Shown here one piece after another: positions 40,491-50,215 of a stretch of 64,000 nt of DNA. The DNA is from Planctomycetota bacterium (GTDB lineage: Bacteria; Planctomycetota; UBA1135; UBA2386): assembly GCA_046290465.1 (NCBI GenBank), contig JBKAGP010000001.1, positions 2,560,001 to 2,624,000 on the forward strand, in the 5' to 3' direction. The notes under the pieces are model-generated. The model was not told where the DNA came from and ran no database searches. It saw nothing but the letters and a program-made list of their open reading frames with translations. The position numbers and the translations under genes are program-made. How positions within the stretch are numbered: position 1 is the stretch's first letter; each line of letters begins with the position of its first letter.

Positions 40491-42920
40491 TCAGTCGACC
40501 GCCGGCAACCACCGCGCCGTCGCCGCCTGCAGCGCCTGCTTGGTGAACGGCTTGCTGACGAAGTCGTCCATGCCGGCGGCCAGGCACGCCTCGCGATCCT
40601 CCGGCAGCGCGTTGGCGGTCAACGCGACGATCGGCAGGCGCCGGCCGCTGCCGGTCTCCCGTTCGCGGATGCGCCGGGTTGCCTCGAAGCCGTCCATGCC
40701 GGGCATCAGGCAGTCCATCAGCACCAGATCGAACGGCTGGCTCTCGACCATCTCGATCGCCGACTCGCCGTCGATCGCGACCGCGACCTCGAGACCGAAC
40801 GTCTCGAGCACGCGCACGGCCAGGCGCAGGTTGAGCCGGTTGTCCTCGACGACGAGCACGCGGCGGCCCTGCATCGCATCGAGGCCGACCACCGTGTCCG
40901 CGGGATCGTCGACCTCATCGTGTTCGGTGCGCGCCGCGGCGGCCGGCAGCTCGAACCAGAACGTCGAGCCGACGCCGGGTTCGCTCTCGACGCCGATGCG
41001 GCCGCCCATCGCCTCGATCAGCTGCTTGCTGATCGCGAGCCCGAGACCGGTGCCGCCGAACTTGCGCCGCGCCGACGAGTCGACCTGCACGAAGTCGTCG
41101 AACAGCCGCGGCAGCTGATCCGCCGGGATGCCGATGCCGGTGTCACGCACCTCGCAGCGCACCAGGTCGCCGCGCTGCGACAGCGCGATCGTGACCGCGC
41201 CACCGACCGTGAACTTGACCGCGTTGCCGGCCAGGTTGACCAACACCTGATGGGTGCGCTGCGGGTCGGCCGCCACCTGCAGCGACGCATCGCCCTCGAC
41301 CTCGACCACCAGCCCCTTGTTGCTCGCCAACGGCTGCATCATGCGGGCGACCTCGGTCGCGACGCGATGCACGTCGAACGGCAGGCGCTCGAGCACCATC
41401 TTGCCGGCCTCGACCTTGGAGAAGTCGAGGATGTCGTCGATCAGCCGCAGCAGCGAGTTGCCCGAACTGGAGATGATCTCGACGCACTCGCGCTGCTCGA
41501 CGTCGAGCTGCGAGTCGCCCAGCATGTCGGTGTAGCCGAGCACCGTGTGCATCGGCGTGCGGATCTCGTGACTCATCGCCGCCAGGAACGCGCTCTTGGC
41601 CTCGCTGGCAGCCTCGGCCGCCTCCTTGGCGTGCAGCAGCTCCTCGTCCATCCGGCGCTGGGCCGAGATGTCCTGGATCGCACCGAGCACGCGCACCGCG
41701 CGTCCCTTGACGAACACGGCGCCGCCGGTCACGCGCACCCAGAGCCGACGTCCGCGGACGGTCACCAGTTCGAGGTCCAGCGAGTAGGCACGACCGCGGG
41801 CGACCGCGTCCTCGAGCGCGGCGCGCAGACGCGGCCGGCCTTCCGGCGCGTAGAACTCGATCGCCTCGTCGACGTTCGGCTGGAACCGGCTCGGCGAGGT
41901 CTCGTGGATCCGGTAGGTCTCGGCGGTCCAGAACAGTTCGTCGGTCAGGAGGTCGAGTTCCCAGCCGCCGACCCGCGCCAGCGCCTGCGACTCCGCCAAC
42001 AGGCGCGAGGCCCGCTGCAGCGCCTCCCGCGAGGTGCGATGCTCGTGGATGTCGACGATCGAACCGACCAGACGTCGGCCGCCGTCGGTGCCGCTCGCCG
42101 CCACGGCCCGGGCCCGGAACCACCGCCAGCCGTCCTCGGCGATCCGGCAGCGGAACTCGTGCTCGAACGGCTCGCCGCAGCGCATGCGCTGCACGACGGC
42201 GCGTCGGATCCCGCGGCGATCCTCGGGGTGCACGATCGGCCAGATCCCCGCCAGCGGCACCGCGCCGGTCGCGTTCGACAGGCCGAGCATCGCGAACACG
42301 CGCGGCGACAGGAACAGCGATCGCATGCCGAGGTCGAGGTCCCAGATGCCCTCGCTCGAAGCCTCGACGACGAGGTCGAGCCGTTCGGTCGCCTGCTCCA
42401 GACGAACGCGGGTCTCGTCCTGGCTGCGGATCCTGCGACGCAGCTCCAGGTGGTTCTGGACCTGCCGCGCCATCGCCGCCAGCGTCTCGAGCTGCGCCGA
42501 GGTCAGCTGCCGCGGCCGGGTGTCGAGCACCGCGACCGCCCCCACCGTCTGCCCGTCCGGCATGACGATCGGCGCACCGGCGTAGAAGCGCACGTGCGGC
42601 GCCCCGACGACCATCGCGTGCTCGCGGAACCGCTCGTCCTGCAGGGTGTCCTCGACGATCAGTTCGCCGCGGTCGGCGACCGCCTGCGCGCAGAAGCCGT
42701 TCTCTCGCGGCAGTTCGGCGCAGTCGACACCGACCGCCGACTTGAACCACTGGCGATGCTCGTCGACCAGCGTGACGACCGCCATCGGCACGTCGCAGGT
42801 CAGGCTCAACAGCCGGGTGACGTCGTCGTAGACGGCCTCCGGCCCGGTGTCGAGTACGTCGCAGCTGCGCAGCGTTCGCAACCGCGCGTCTTCGTCAGGA
42901 GGTCTCGTCACGGTTTCCAT
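40491..42920 (-). CDS. Hybrid sensor histidine kinase (GAF-PAS-PAS-HisKA-HATPase-REC), cytoplasmic
   Basis: GAF (RFYAGAP), two [42 protein letters not shown] ([14 protein letters not shown]). Start ATG 42920 (alternative GTG 42932). Confidence 0.95.
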   Translation of the reverse strand: METVTRPPDEDARLRTLRSCDVLDTGPEAVYDDVTRLLSLTCDVPMAVVTLVDEHRQWFKSAVGVDCAELPRENGFCAQAVADRGELIVEDTLQDERFREHAMVVGAPHVRFYAGAPIVMPDGQTVGAVAVLDTRPRQLTSAQLETLAAMARQVQNHLELRRRIRSQDETRVRLEQATERLDLVVEASSEGIWDLDLGMRSLFLSPRVFAMLGLSNATGAVPLAGIWPIVHPEDRRGIRRAVVQRMRCGEPFEHEFRCRIAEDGWRWFRARAVAASGTDGGRRLVGSIVDIHEHRTSREALQRASRLLAESQALARVGGWELDLLTDELFWTAETYRIHETSPSRFQPNVDEAIEFYAPEGRPRLRAALEDAVARGRAYSLDLELVTVRGRRLWVRVTGGAVFVKGRAVRVLGAIQDISAQRRMDEELLHAKEAAEAASEAKSAFLAAMSHEIRTPMHTVLGYTDMLGDSQLDVEQRECVEIISSSGNSLLRLIDDILDFSKVEAGKMVLERLPFDVHRVATEVARMMQPLASNKGLVVEVEGDASLQVAADPQRTHQVLVNLAGNAVKFTVGGAVTIALSQRGDLVRCEVRDTGIGIPADQLPRLFDDFVQVDSSARRKFGGTGLGLAISKQLIEAMGGRIGVESEPGVGSTFWFELPAAAARTEHDEVDDPADTVVGLDAMQGRRVLVVEDNRLNLRLAVRVLETFGLEVAVAIDGESAIEMVESQPFDLVLMDCLMPGMDGFEATRRIRERETGSGRRLPIVALTANALPEDREACLAAGMDDFVSKPFTKQALQAATARWLPAVD

Positions 42921-42994
42921 CAGGAACTCCACGCATCATCGACCGACCTGGGCCGACCTCCTGACAGGGGTTTCCCCAGGTCGATGCGAACGCG

Positions 42995-43879
42995 CTATCG
43001 CCCCGGCTGCGCCGCCGTTGCCGCGCTCGCCCCCGGGGCGATCGCCGCCAGGCGCTCGCGGGCCTGCCGGTGGCCCTGGGCGGCGGCGAGTTGCAGCAGT
43101 TGCCGGGCACGGGCACGGTCCTCGCCGACGCCGATGCCGCGCGCGTAGAGCAGGCCGAGGTCGTGTTGCGACGGCGCGTAGCCCTGCGCCGCAGCCTGCT
43201 CGAGCCAGTGAACGGCCCGCTCGACGTCCTGCTCGACGCCGTGGCCGCGCAGGTGCTGCATGCCGAGCCGGTGCTGCGACATCGCGTCGCCGCCGCGCGC
43301 AGCGTCACGGTAATAGCGCGCCGCGCGGACCGGGTCCGCCGTGACCCCGACGCCGTCGTGGTAGATCGTCGCGAGCAGCTTGAGCGCCGGCACGTGGCCG
43401 TTGCGGGCGGCCCGGCGCAGCATGCGGGTCGCCAGCCGCACATCGGGCTCGCGGTCGTCGCCGTAGAGGCAGACGATCGCGAAGTTGACCTGGCCCTGCG
43501 CGAAGCCGCTGTCGGCCGAACGTTCGAGCAGCGTGCGCGCGGTCGCATGGCTGCGTTCGACGCCCCGACCGTGGAAGTGCATCAGGCCCAGGTTGTTGAG
43601 CGCTGCCGGATGCTCCTGACGCGCGGCCGCCTCGTACCAGCGCCGCGCCGCGACCAGGTCCTCGGCGACGCCGTTGCCGGTCTCGTACGAGAGCGCGGTC
43701 AAGAACTGTGCCGTCGCGTCGCCGCTCGCGGCCACCTGCTCGACCTCGGCGACCGACAGCCTGCCCTCGGCGAACTCCAGCGCCAGCCGCGAGGCGTGCC
43801 GGCCGCCGACGGTGCAACCCGCGAGGCACGCCAGCGCCAGCAGCAGGCCCGAACCCTTCTCCAACTTCGCTCGCTTCAT
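42995..43879 (-). CDS. Sel1-repeat (TPR-like) lipoprotein
   Basis: Lipobox LAGC; repeats A..NLG.M...G.GV..D...A..W...AA.QG. Confidence 0.88.
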   Translation of the reverse strand: MKRAKLEKGSGLLLALACLAGCTVGGRHASRLALEFAEGRLSVAEVEQVAASGDATAQFLTALSYETGNGVAEDLVAARRWYEAAARQEHPAALNNLGLMHFHGRGVERSHATARTLLERSADSGFAQGQVNFAIVCLYGDDREPDVRLATRMLRRAARNGHVPALKLLATIYHDGVGVTADPVRAARYYRDAARGGDAMSQHRLGMQHLRGHGVEQDVERAVHWLEQAAAQGYAPSQHDLGLLYARGIGVGEDRARARQLLQLAAAQGHRQARERLAAIAPGASAATAAQPGR

Positions 43880-44098
43880 GCGATCCGTATCGGGGGGCCA
43901 GATCGTGAAGGTTGACGACATCTCCGTTAAGAACGAGACATCCAGATGAAGGCGCCTTCACATTCGACCGCGGCGGCGACCGCCACCGGCTCGGGACGAC
44001 GTCGGCCAAGGCTCGACGGCAACGCACGTTGCGCGTCGCGTACGCGCGCCGCAGCGGATCCCGTGGCGCGTTCTTCGACAACTTCCTAGGGTGGCACC

Positions 44099-45073
44099 GT
44101 GGCAGATTCCGACGATCTGGCGGCAGCGATCCGCGCCGGCGACCGCAGCGCCCTGGCGCGCGGCATCACCCTCGTGGAGAGTCGGCGTGCGGCCGACCTG
44201 CCGGCCGCCGAAGCGCTGCTCGCGGCGCTGCTGCCGCACAGCGGCGGCGCGATCCGCGTCGGCATCACCGGGGCGCCGGGAGTCGGCAAGAGCACGCTGA
44301 TCGAACGGCTGGGCCTGCAGCTCTGCGATGCCGGTCGTCGCGTCGCGGTGCTCGCCGTCGACCCCAGTTCGACGGTCACCGGCGGCTCGATCCTCGGCGA
44401 CAAGACCCGCATGGACGGGCTGAGCCGGCACCCACGCGCGTTCATCCGGCCGTCGCCGGGCGGCGGCACGCTCGGTGGAGTCACCAACCGCACGCAGGAA
44501 GCGATGCTGGTCTGCGAGGCGTCGGGCCACGACATCGTGCTGGTCGAGACGATCGGCACCGGCCAGTCGGAGGTCGCCGTGCACGGCATGGTCGACTTCT
44601 TCCTGGTGCTGCTGTCGCCGGCCGCCGGCGACGAACTGCAGGGCATCAAGCGCGGCGTCATGGAGCTCGCCGACGGCGTGCTGGTGCACAAGGCCGACGG
44701 CGACCTGCTGCCGGCTGCCAACCGGACCGCGCAGCAGTGCCTGCTGGCGATGCGGGTGCTGCACGCCGGCGACCGCGCGCCGCCGGCCGTGGTCGTCGGC
44801 TCGTCGAAGACCGGCGACGGCCTCGCGCCGCTGTGGAGTTCGATCGAGCGCTACGTCGAGGCACGCCGCGCCGACGGCACGTTCGAGGCACGCCGCCGCG
44901 ACCAGGCGATCGAGTGGCTCGAGCGCACCGTGCGCGACGCGCTGCTGGCGGACTTCCTGAGCGCTCCGTCGATCGTCACCGAGCTCGAGCAGGCCCGCCG
45001 GCGCGTCGCCGACGGCGAGCAGGTGCCGACCGCCGCCGCGCGCGACCTGCTGCGCCGCTCGCGTCAGCGCTGA
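44099..45073 (+). CDS. meaB: Methylmalonyl-CoA mutase-associated GTPase MeaB/ArgK
   Basis: LARGITLVES, GITGAPGVGKST, AVDPSS..GGSILGDKTRM, ETIGTGQSE, GDELQGIKRG. Confidence 0.95.
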   Translation: MADSDDLAAAIRAGDRSALARGITLVESRRAADLPAAEALLAALLPHSGGAIRVGITGAPGVGKSTLIERLGLQLCDAGRRVAVLAVDPSSTVTGGSILGDKTRMDGLSRHPRAFIRPSPGGGTLGGVTNRTQEAMLVCEASGHDIVLVETIGTGQSEVAVHGMVDFFLVLLSPAAGDELQGIKRGVMELADGVLVHKADGDLLPAANRTAQQCLLAMRVLHAGDRAPPAVVVGSSKTGDGLAPLWSSIERYVEARRADGTFEARRRDQAIEWLERTVRDALLADFLSAPSIVTELEQARRRVADGEQVPTAAARDLLRRSRQR

Positions 45074-46212
45074 GCTTCGAGCCGCTTGCGCCGCTGCTCG
45101 ATCTCGGCCTGCCACTCGGGCAGCGCGACCCAGCGATCGATGTTGTCGAGGTCGCGTTCGGCGTTGCCGGTGTCGCCCCGCTGCAGCGCCGCGTCGATGC
45201 GGCGAAGCCGCTTGCCGAGCCACTCGGCCCCGTCGCGCAGCAGCTGCTCGCGCTCGGCGCGCACCTCGGCAGCGTCGGGGTTGCGGCCGAGGAACGCGTC
45301 GATGCGCGCCATCGCCCCGCGGTAGTCGCGCCACTGGAAGCGCAGCCGGGACCGCGCCGCGAACACCACGTCCGCCGCCGTCTCGGGCGTGCCGAGGCCG
45401 GCGTCGCCGACGTAGCGCCCGCGCAGCTCGGTGACCGCGGCGCGCAGTGGCTTGCCGTCGGGGTGCCATTCGCAGAGCTCGCCGTACTCGTCCATCCAGT
45501 CGTCGCAGAGGCGGACCAGCTCGCGCGCGGCGGGCCGTTCGGGCTGGCCGAGGTAGCGCTGCACGAACGACTCGAGCAACCCGTGCTCGCGGCGCGCCGC
45601 CGACACCTCGAGTGCGGCCGCGTTCTCGAGCATCAGCCGGCGGATGTCGCGCTGCAGCGCCAGCGCCCGGTCCTTGGCTTCGCCCGTGGCCTCCTTCAGG
45701 GCGAACTCGAGCGTCTCGAGGGCGCGCTCCGGACGATTGTTGTCGTACTGGATCTGCGCCAGCTCGACGTAGTGCATCGGCGAACGCGGCCAGGTCGAGT
45801 TGCCGAGCCTTCGCAGCACGAACAGCGCCACGCCGAGCACCGCCACGGTGATCAGCACGGCTGGCCAGGTGCTGGTGGGCGAACGCCGGGACGGGCGGCG
45901 ACCGGCGGACGCACCGTCACGGCCGGCGCGAGCACGCCCCCCACGGGCGCCGGCCGGCGCCGCCGCGCCGTCGTCGAACCACGTCACGCGCACGCGGCCG
46001 ACGTCGACCGACTGGCCGTCTGCGAGGTCCTTGCACAGCAGGTCCTGGCCGTGGATCCGCAGCGGCTGGCCGGCCTCCGGCGACTCGATGCGCACGCCGC
46101 CGGCGATCGGCACCACCCGCAGCGAGCCTCCCTGCACCAGCAGCGGCTGGCCCGCGACGCGACAACGCGTGCGTTCGCCGCGCTCGTCCAGGATCTCCAG
46201 CTCGCCGGTCAC
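45064..46212 (-). CDS. Membrane-anchored hypothetical protein (degenerate FHA-like N-terminus, TM, helical/TPR-like C-terminus)
   Basis: GTG 46212; beta-rich N-terminus ending LADGQSVDVGRVRV; TM WPAVLITVAVLGVALFVL; helical remainder. Starts 10 nt after the stop of the CAP gene. Confidence 0.65.
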   Translation of the reverse strand: MTGELEILDERGERTRCRVAGQPLLVQGGSLRVVPIAGGVRIESPEAGQPLRIHGQDLLCKDLADGQSVDVGRVRVTWFDDGAAAPAGARGGRARAGRDGASAGRRPSRRSPTSTWPAVLITVAVLGVALFVLRRLGNSTWPRSPMHYVELAQIQYDNNRPERALETLEFALKEATGEAKDRALALQRDIRRLMLENAAALEVSAARREHGLLESFVQRYLGQPERPAARELVRLCDDWMDEYGELCEWHPDGKPLRAAVTELRGRYVGDAGLGTPETAADVVFAARSRLRFQWRDYRGAMARIDAFLGRNPDAAEVRAEREQLLRDGAEWLGKRLRRIDAALQRGDTGNAERDLDNIDRWVALPEWQAEIEQRRKRLEAQR

Positions 46213-46222
46213 GTCGCGGGGA

Positions 46223-49213
46223 TCACTTCTGTGCGGCAGAAGGCCACAGCGGGTGCGACTTGTGCACGTCTCCGGAACCGAAGTTCTGCACCCAGTAGCG
46301 ACCGTTCGCGCCGATGCCGATCTCGCGATGGCTCGGCGACAGCAGGTTGCGGTGGTGGCCCGACGAGTGGCACCACGCCACGTGGGACGACATCGCACCG
46401 CCGGTCATGGCGATGTTCTCGCTGACGCCGAACATGTAGCCGGCGAGGCGCATGCGGTCGGTCGGCGTCTTGCGACCCGGCGTCGGCGACATGTGCGCGA
46501 AGTAGCCGAGCTTCGACATCTCGTCGGCGTGGCCCTGCGAGGCCTCGCAGGCGCTCTTGACCGCGGCCAGCGGCCGGTGGCCGAACATCTCCCGGTAGTC
46601 GTTGGTGATCCGCAGCAGCGTCGTCACGGCGACCGGCCAGTCGTCCTTCGCCGCCTCGTTGTAGGCGCGGATCTGGCGCCAGTAGGCGCGGGTCTCGCGC
46701 TCACCCGGCGTCAGGCAGAACGTCTGCAGCGTGATCGTCGCGCCGGGCTCGAGCGCGCGCGCCCAGGCGATCGGCTGCAGTACGGTCGCCACCGACTCGC
46801 CCTTCGGCAGCCCGCCGAGGCGCGCCAGCTGCTCGGCGAGCCAGTCGACCCGGTCGAGGTCGGCGCCGAACCGGCCCGAGACCTTGAGGCGCGTCTTCGA
46901 GCTCTCCCACAGACGACGCAGCTTGGCGACGCGTTCGTCGACCTCCTGCTGCACCCGGTTGCACTCGGCGTGCTTCTCCCCCGAGACCGCCGGCGGCTTG
47001 TAGGGGTAGAAGTACTTCACCTCGTCGTAGATCAGCTCCTTCGCGTAGCTGCGCGCATCGTCGAGCGCGGCGCGTTCGTCGGTGAGCCGGTCGACCTGCT
47101 TCTTCAGCGCGCTCGCCTGCACCCGGTCGAGGTGCTTGCCGAACGCATCGCGCATCGCGAACGTGAGCGCCTCGCGCTGCAGTTGGCCCTCGGCGAGGGT
47201 CGCGGTGACGAAGTCGTCGCGGGCCTCCGCGTCGCGCGCCGTCATCGCCTTGTTGAGCCGGGCCGACAGCTTCTTGCTCAGCTCCTCGAGCTCGAGCTGG
47301 CGGAGCGACACGAACCGCCCCTTGCGCAACGCGTAGCCCGAGGAGCCGAGCTCCTCGCCGCGACCGCGGGCCAGCACCCCGTCGACGTGCTGCTTCCAGC
47401 GCTTCTCGTCGCTGCGCAGCAGCTCCGCGAGCACCTTCTCGGCGGCCTCGGACTCGCCGTTCTTGTAGAGCAACGCCGCCAGACCGAGCGCCGTGCGCCC
47501 CTTGGCCTTGACCTGTTCGGCGAGGCGCTGCATGCCGGCGGCGTCGACGTCGAACCACTCGAGCCGCTCCTCCCCGTCCGCCGAACGCGCCACGATGCGG
47601 CCGTCCTCGACGCGCAGCAGTTCGAGTTCGCGACCCGACATGTCGGTGGTGCTCAGCTTCTTGCCGGCGGCGATCGCCGCGACGACCGCGTCGTTCCAGC
47701 CGGCGAGCAGGTCGGACTCGTCGGCGCGCGTCACCAGGCGATCGGCGAACTCCGCATCACGGACGCGCACCGCCTCGGCCGCTTCGCGCAGCAGCTTCGC
47801 CGCGCGCGCGTGGTCGCCGGCCTCTTCGGCGTCGCGCACCTGGTCCATGTGGCTGCGCAGGCTGGCAAGGGTCTGCAGCCGCGTCGCCTGGTCGACCTTC
47901 GCCGGCTTGCCGAGGTCGCTGCTGGCCAGCGCGGCCGCGCGCTCCTTCTCGAGCACGAGCGCCTCGAGGCGAGCCAGCTCGGCCCCGAGGTCGGAGAACG
48001 CCACGCTCGCCGGGAAGTGGTGCCGCGCCGCCTGCAGCAACGTGACCGCGTGCTCGATGCGACCGTCCTGCTCGACCCGCTTCGCCTCGCCGAGCAACTG
48101 CTGCATCGCCTGCTGCGCGCGTCCGCGCACGCCGGCCTGCGCCGCCCGCAGACGTGCGACTTCGGCCTCGTCCCGGGCGGCTTCGAAGCCCGCCTGGATC
48201 AGCGCCAGCGCCTGCGCGAACTGTCCCTGGTCACAGAAGCGATCGATCTCGCCCTGCTCGACCTGCGGCGTTTCGGCCACCGGCGCGGTCGCCGTCGGCA
48301 CCTCGTCGCCGTTGCCGACCACGGGGCCTGCCGTGGGCGCGCCGGGACCGTCGTTGCGACCAGCGTGGCGATCGGGCTGGCCACCGGGCTGGCCAGCGGG
48401 CTGGCCCGTGCGCGACTGCCGCGACAGCCGCGCAGCCTCGTCGTCGCGCTCGGTGACGAGCGCCCGCAGGCGCGAACGCACCTTGCGCGCGGCGACCTGC
48501 TCCTCGATCGAACCACGGCCCTCGAGGCGGCGCAGTTGCTGCGACCACTGCGCGTAGGTGCGCGTGTCGCTCGGATCGAGCACCTGCGCGCGCAGGTCCT
48601 CGCGGGCCCGTTCGATCCGGTCGATGCCGGCGTCGACCGCATCGAGTCGCTGCAGACGATCGTCCTCGGCGTCGGTCCACAGGCGGCGCAGTCGCGCCAG
48701 TTCTTCGCGGGCCTCGTCGAGCTTGCCGCGCTGGCGCAGGTTGTCGACCGCGGCGACCAGGCCGTTGACCTGCGCGTCGTCGTTGCCGTTCCAGGCCAGC
48801 GCCGCGACGCCGCCGACCACCAGCAGCACCACCACCGCAGCGATCAGCTTCGGCGCGCTCGACGACTTGCGCGGCGTGCGGCGCGGCGAACGGCTGACCG
48901 CGCCGGACAGCACGTCCTCCGGTTCGGCCTTGCGCGCGACGGTGCGGCCGACGACGAGCACGGCCTTGCCGATCTCGACGCGGTCGCCGAGCTGCAGCTC
49001 GGTCGCGCGGGTCGGCGAGCCGTTGACCAGGACGTCGACCTCGGCGACCAGGCGCACGCCTTGCGCATGCGGTTCGAACGAGGCGTGCGTCGGGGCAACG
49101 CCCGATTCGCGGAGACGTACATGGGCGCCGTCGGCCGACCCGAACGTAGTCGGTTGCTCTCCGAGGGTGTGCAGAAAGGTCTGGCCGGCGTCGAGAATCT
49201 GCAGCGTATACAT
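46223..49213 (-). CDS. FHA-like + TM + long helical region + C-terminal CAP/SCP domain protein
   Basis: ATG 49213 MYTLQILD; FHA-like ...LQLGDRVEIG; TM LIAAVVVLLVVGGVAALAW; CAP motifs TNDYR, HADEM..GYFAH, SENIA, WCHSSGHHRNLL, YWVQNFG. Confidence 0.85.
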   Translation of the reverse strand: MYTLQILDAGQTFLHTLGEQPTTFGSADGAHVRLRESGVAPTHASFEPHAQGVRLVAEVDVLVNGSPTRATELQLGDRVEIGKAVLVVGRTVARKAEPEDVLSGAVSRSPRRTPRKSSSAPKLIAAVVVLLVVGGVAALAWNGNDDAQVNGLVAAVDNLRQRGKLDEAREELARLRRLWTDAEDDRLQRLDAVDAGIDRIERAREDLRAQVLDPSDTRTYAQWSQQLRRLEGRGSIEEQVAARKVRSRLRALVTERDDEAARLSRQSRTGQPAGQPGGQPDRHAGRNDGPGAPTAGPVVGNGDEVPTATAPVAETPQVEQGEIDRFCDQGQFAQALALIQAGFEAARDEAEVARLRAAQAGVRGRAQQAMQQLLGEAKRVEQDGRIEHAVTLLQAARHHFPASVAFSDLGAELARLEALVLEKERAAALASSDLGKPAKVDQATRLQTLASLRSHMDQVRDAEEAGDHARAAKLLREAAEAVRVRDAEFADRLVTRADESDLLAGWNDAVVAAIAAGKKLSTTDMSGRELELLRVEDGRIVARSADGEERLEWFDVDAAGMQRLAEQVKAKGRTALGLAALLYKNGESEAAEKVLAELLRSDEKRWKQHVDGVLARGRGEELGSSGYALRKGRFVSLRQLELEELSKKLSARLNKAMTARDAEARDDFVTATLAEGQLQREALTFAMRDAFGKHLDRVQASALKKQVDRLTDERAALDDARSYAKELIYDEVKYFYPYKPPAVSGEKHAECNRVQQEVDERVAKLRRLWESSKTRLKVSGRFGADLDRVDWLAEQLARLGGLPKGESVATVLQPIAWARALEPGATITLQTFCLTPGERETRAYWRQIRAYNEAAKDDWPVAVTTLLRITNDYREMFGHRPLAAVKSACEASQGHADEMSKLGYFAHMSPTPGRKTPTDRMRLAGYMFGVSENIAMTGGAMSSHVAWCHSSGHHRNLLSPSHREIGIGANGRYWVQNFGSGDVHKSHPLWPSAAQK

Positions 49214-49266
49214 GCGTCGGCAGCGGCTCGCACAGAGGGGGCTGGGGGCGAACCGGGTCGAAGAGT

Positions 49267-50157
49267 CTACCCGTTCGCCATGCCGGAGGGGACATCCTCC
49301 TGCCGCTGCCAGATCGATCCGATCTGCCCGACGGTCCGCGGGGCCTCCGGGACGAGGTCCGTGGCCAGCGTCGCCCGCGCGATGCGGACGACCGGCAGGC
49401 CGGCGAGCAGCCGGCACAGGCGCGCGTGTTCGCGCGTGGTCTGGTTGGCGACGACCAGCCAACCGCCCGGTCGCAGCGAGGACACGGCGCGCGCCAGCAG
49501 CCGCCGCGGCCGCAGCCGCGACAGCGGCGCCCCCCACTGCAGGCACGCATACGGGCTCAGGAACGGGAAGAACAGGCTGACGACGTCCTGCCGTGGCAGG
49601 CGCGCCGCGGCGGCGTCGGCAACCTCGAAGCGCACCAGATCGCCGTCGACGCTTGCCGCCCTGGCGTGGGCCCGGCCGTGGTCGGCGCGCGAATGGCCAT
49701 CGCGGTAGATGCCGTGGCCGTCGAGTTCGAGCCCGCGCAGCACGGTGGACCGGTCGCCGTCGCCGGCGCAGGACAGCCAGCGGCAGAGCGCTGCCGCGTA
49801 GTGGAAGTCGCCGCAGCCGAGGTCGGCCGCGCGCACCACGCCGTCGCAGGACCCCGGCGGCGTGCGACCGCCGGCCAGCCGTTCGAGCTGTTCGAGCCGC
49901 GCGAAGTTGCGGGCGCGCACTTCGGGGGCGAGGCCGGCGAGGCGCGCCTCGATGCCGAAGCGCGCCTCGAGCACGGCGGCGCGCTGCGTCAGCTCGGCCG
50001 CGAGCGGCGCGGGCGCCCACGCGAACGTCGGCGCATCGGCCAGCCGGGAGCGACCGGGCGCGCCACGGCTCCAGCGCAGCGACGCGCGCAGCGCGTAGCC
50101 GAACTCGATCGCCGGCGCGCGCAGCAGCGCCAGCCCGTGACGCACGACGCGGGACAT
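49267..50157 (-). CDS. Class I SAM-dependent methyltransferase-like protein
   Basis: AADLGCGDFHYA motif I; GLELD; SLRPGGWLVV. Confidence 0.65.
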   Translation of the reverse strand: MSRVVRHGLALLRAPAIEFGYALRASLRWSRGAPGRSRLADAPTFAWAPAPLAAELTQRAAVLEARFGIEARLAGLAPEVRARNFARLEQLERLAGGRTPPGSCDGVVRAADLGCGDFHYAAALCRWLSCAGDGDRSTVLRGLELDGHGIYRDGHSRADHGRAHARAASVDGDLVRFEVADAAAARLPRQDVVSLFFPFLSPYACLQWGAPLSRLRPRRLLARAVSSLRPGGWLVVANQTTREHARLCRLLAGLPVVRIARATLATDLVPEAPRTVGQIGSIWQRQEDVPSGMANG

Positions 50158-50173
50158 GGCGCCCTCATCGGCA

Positions 50174-50208
50174 TTCGGCGCGGGCCGGGCTGAGCCCGGC
50201 CCGCCGAA
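50174..50208 (-). terminator. GC-rich hairpin downstream of the surface-protein paralog
   Basis: CGGGCCGGGC-tga-GCCCGGCCCG core with TTCGGCG/CGCCGAA flanks. Confidence 0.5.
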
Positions 50209-50215
50209 CCGCGGC

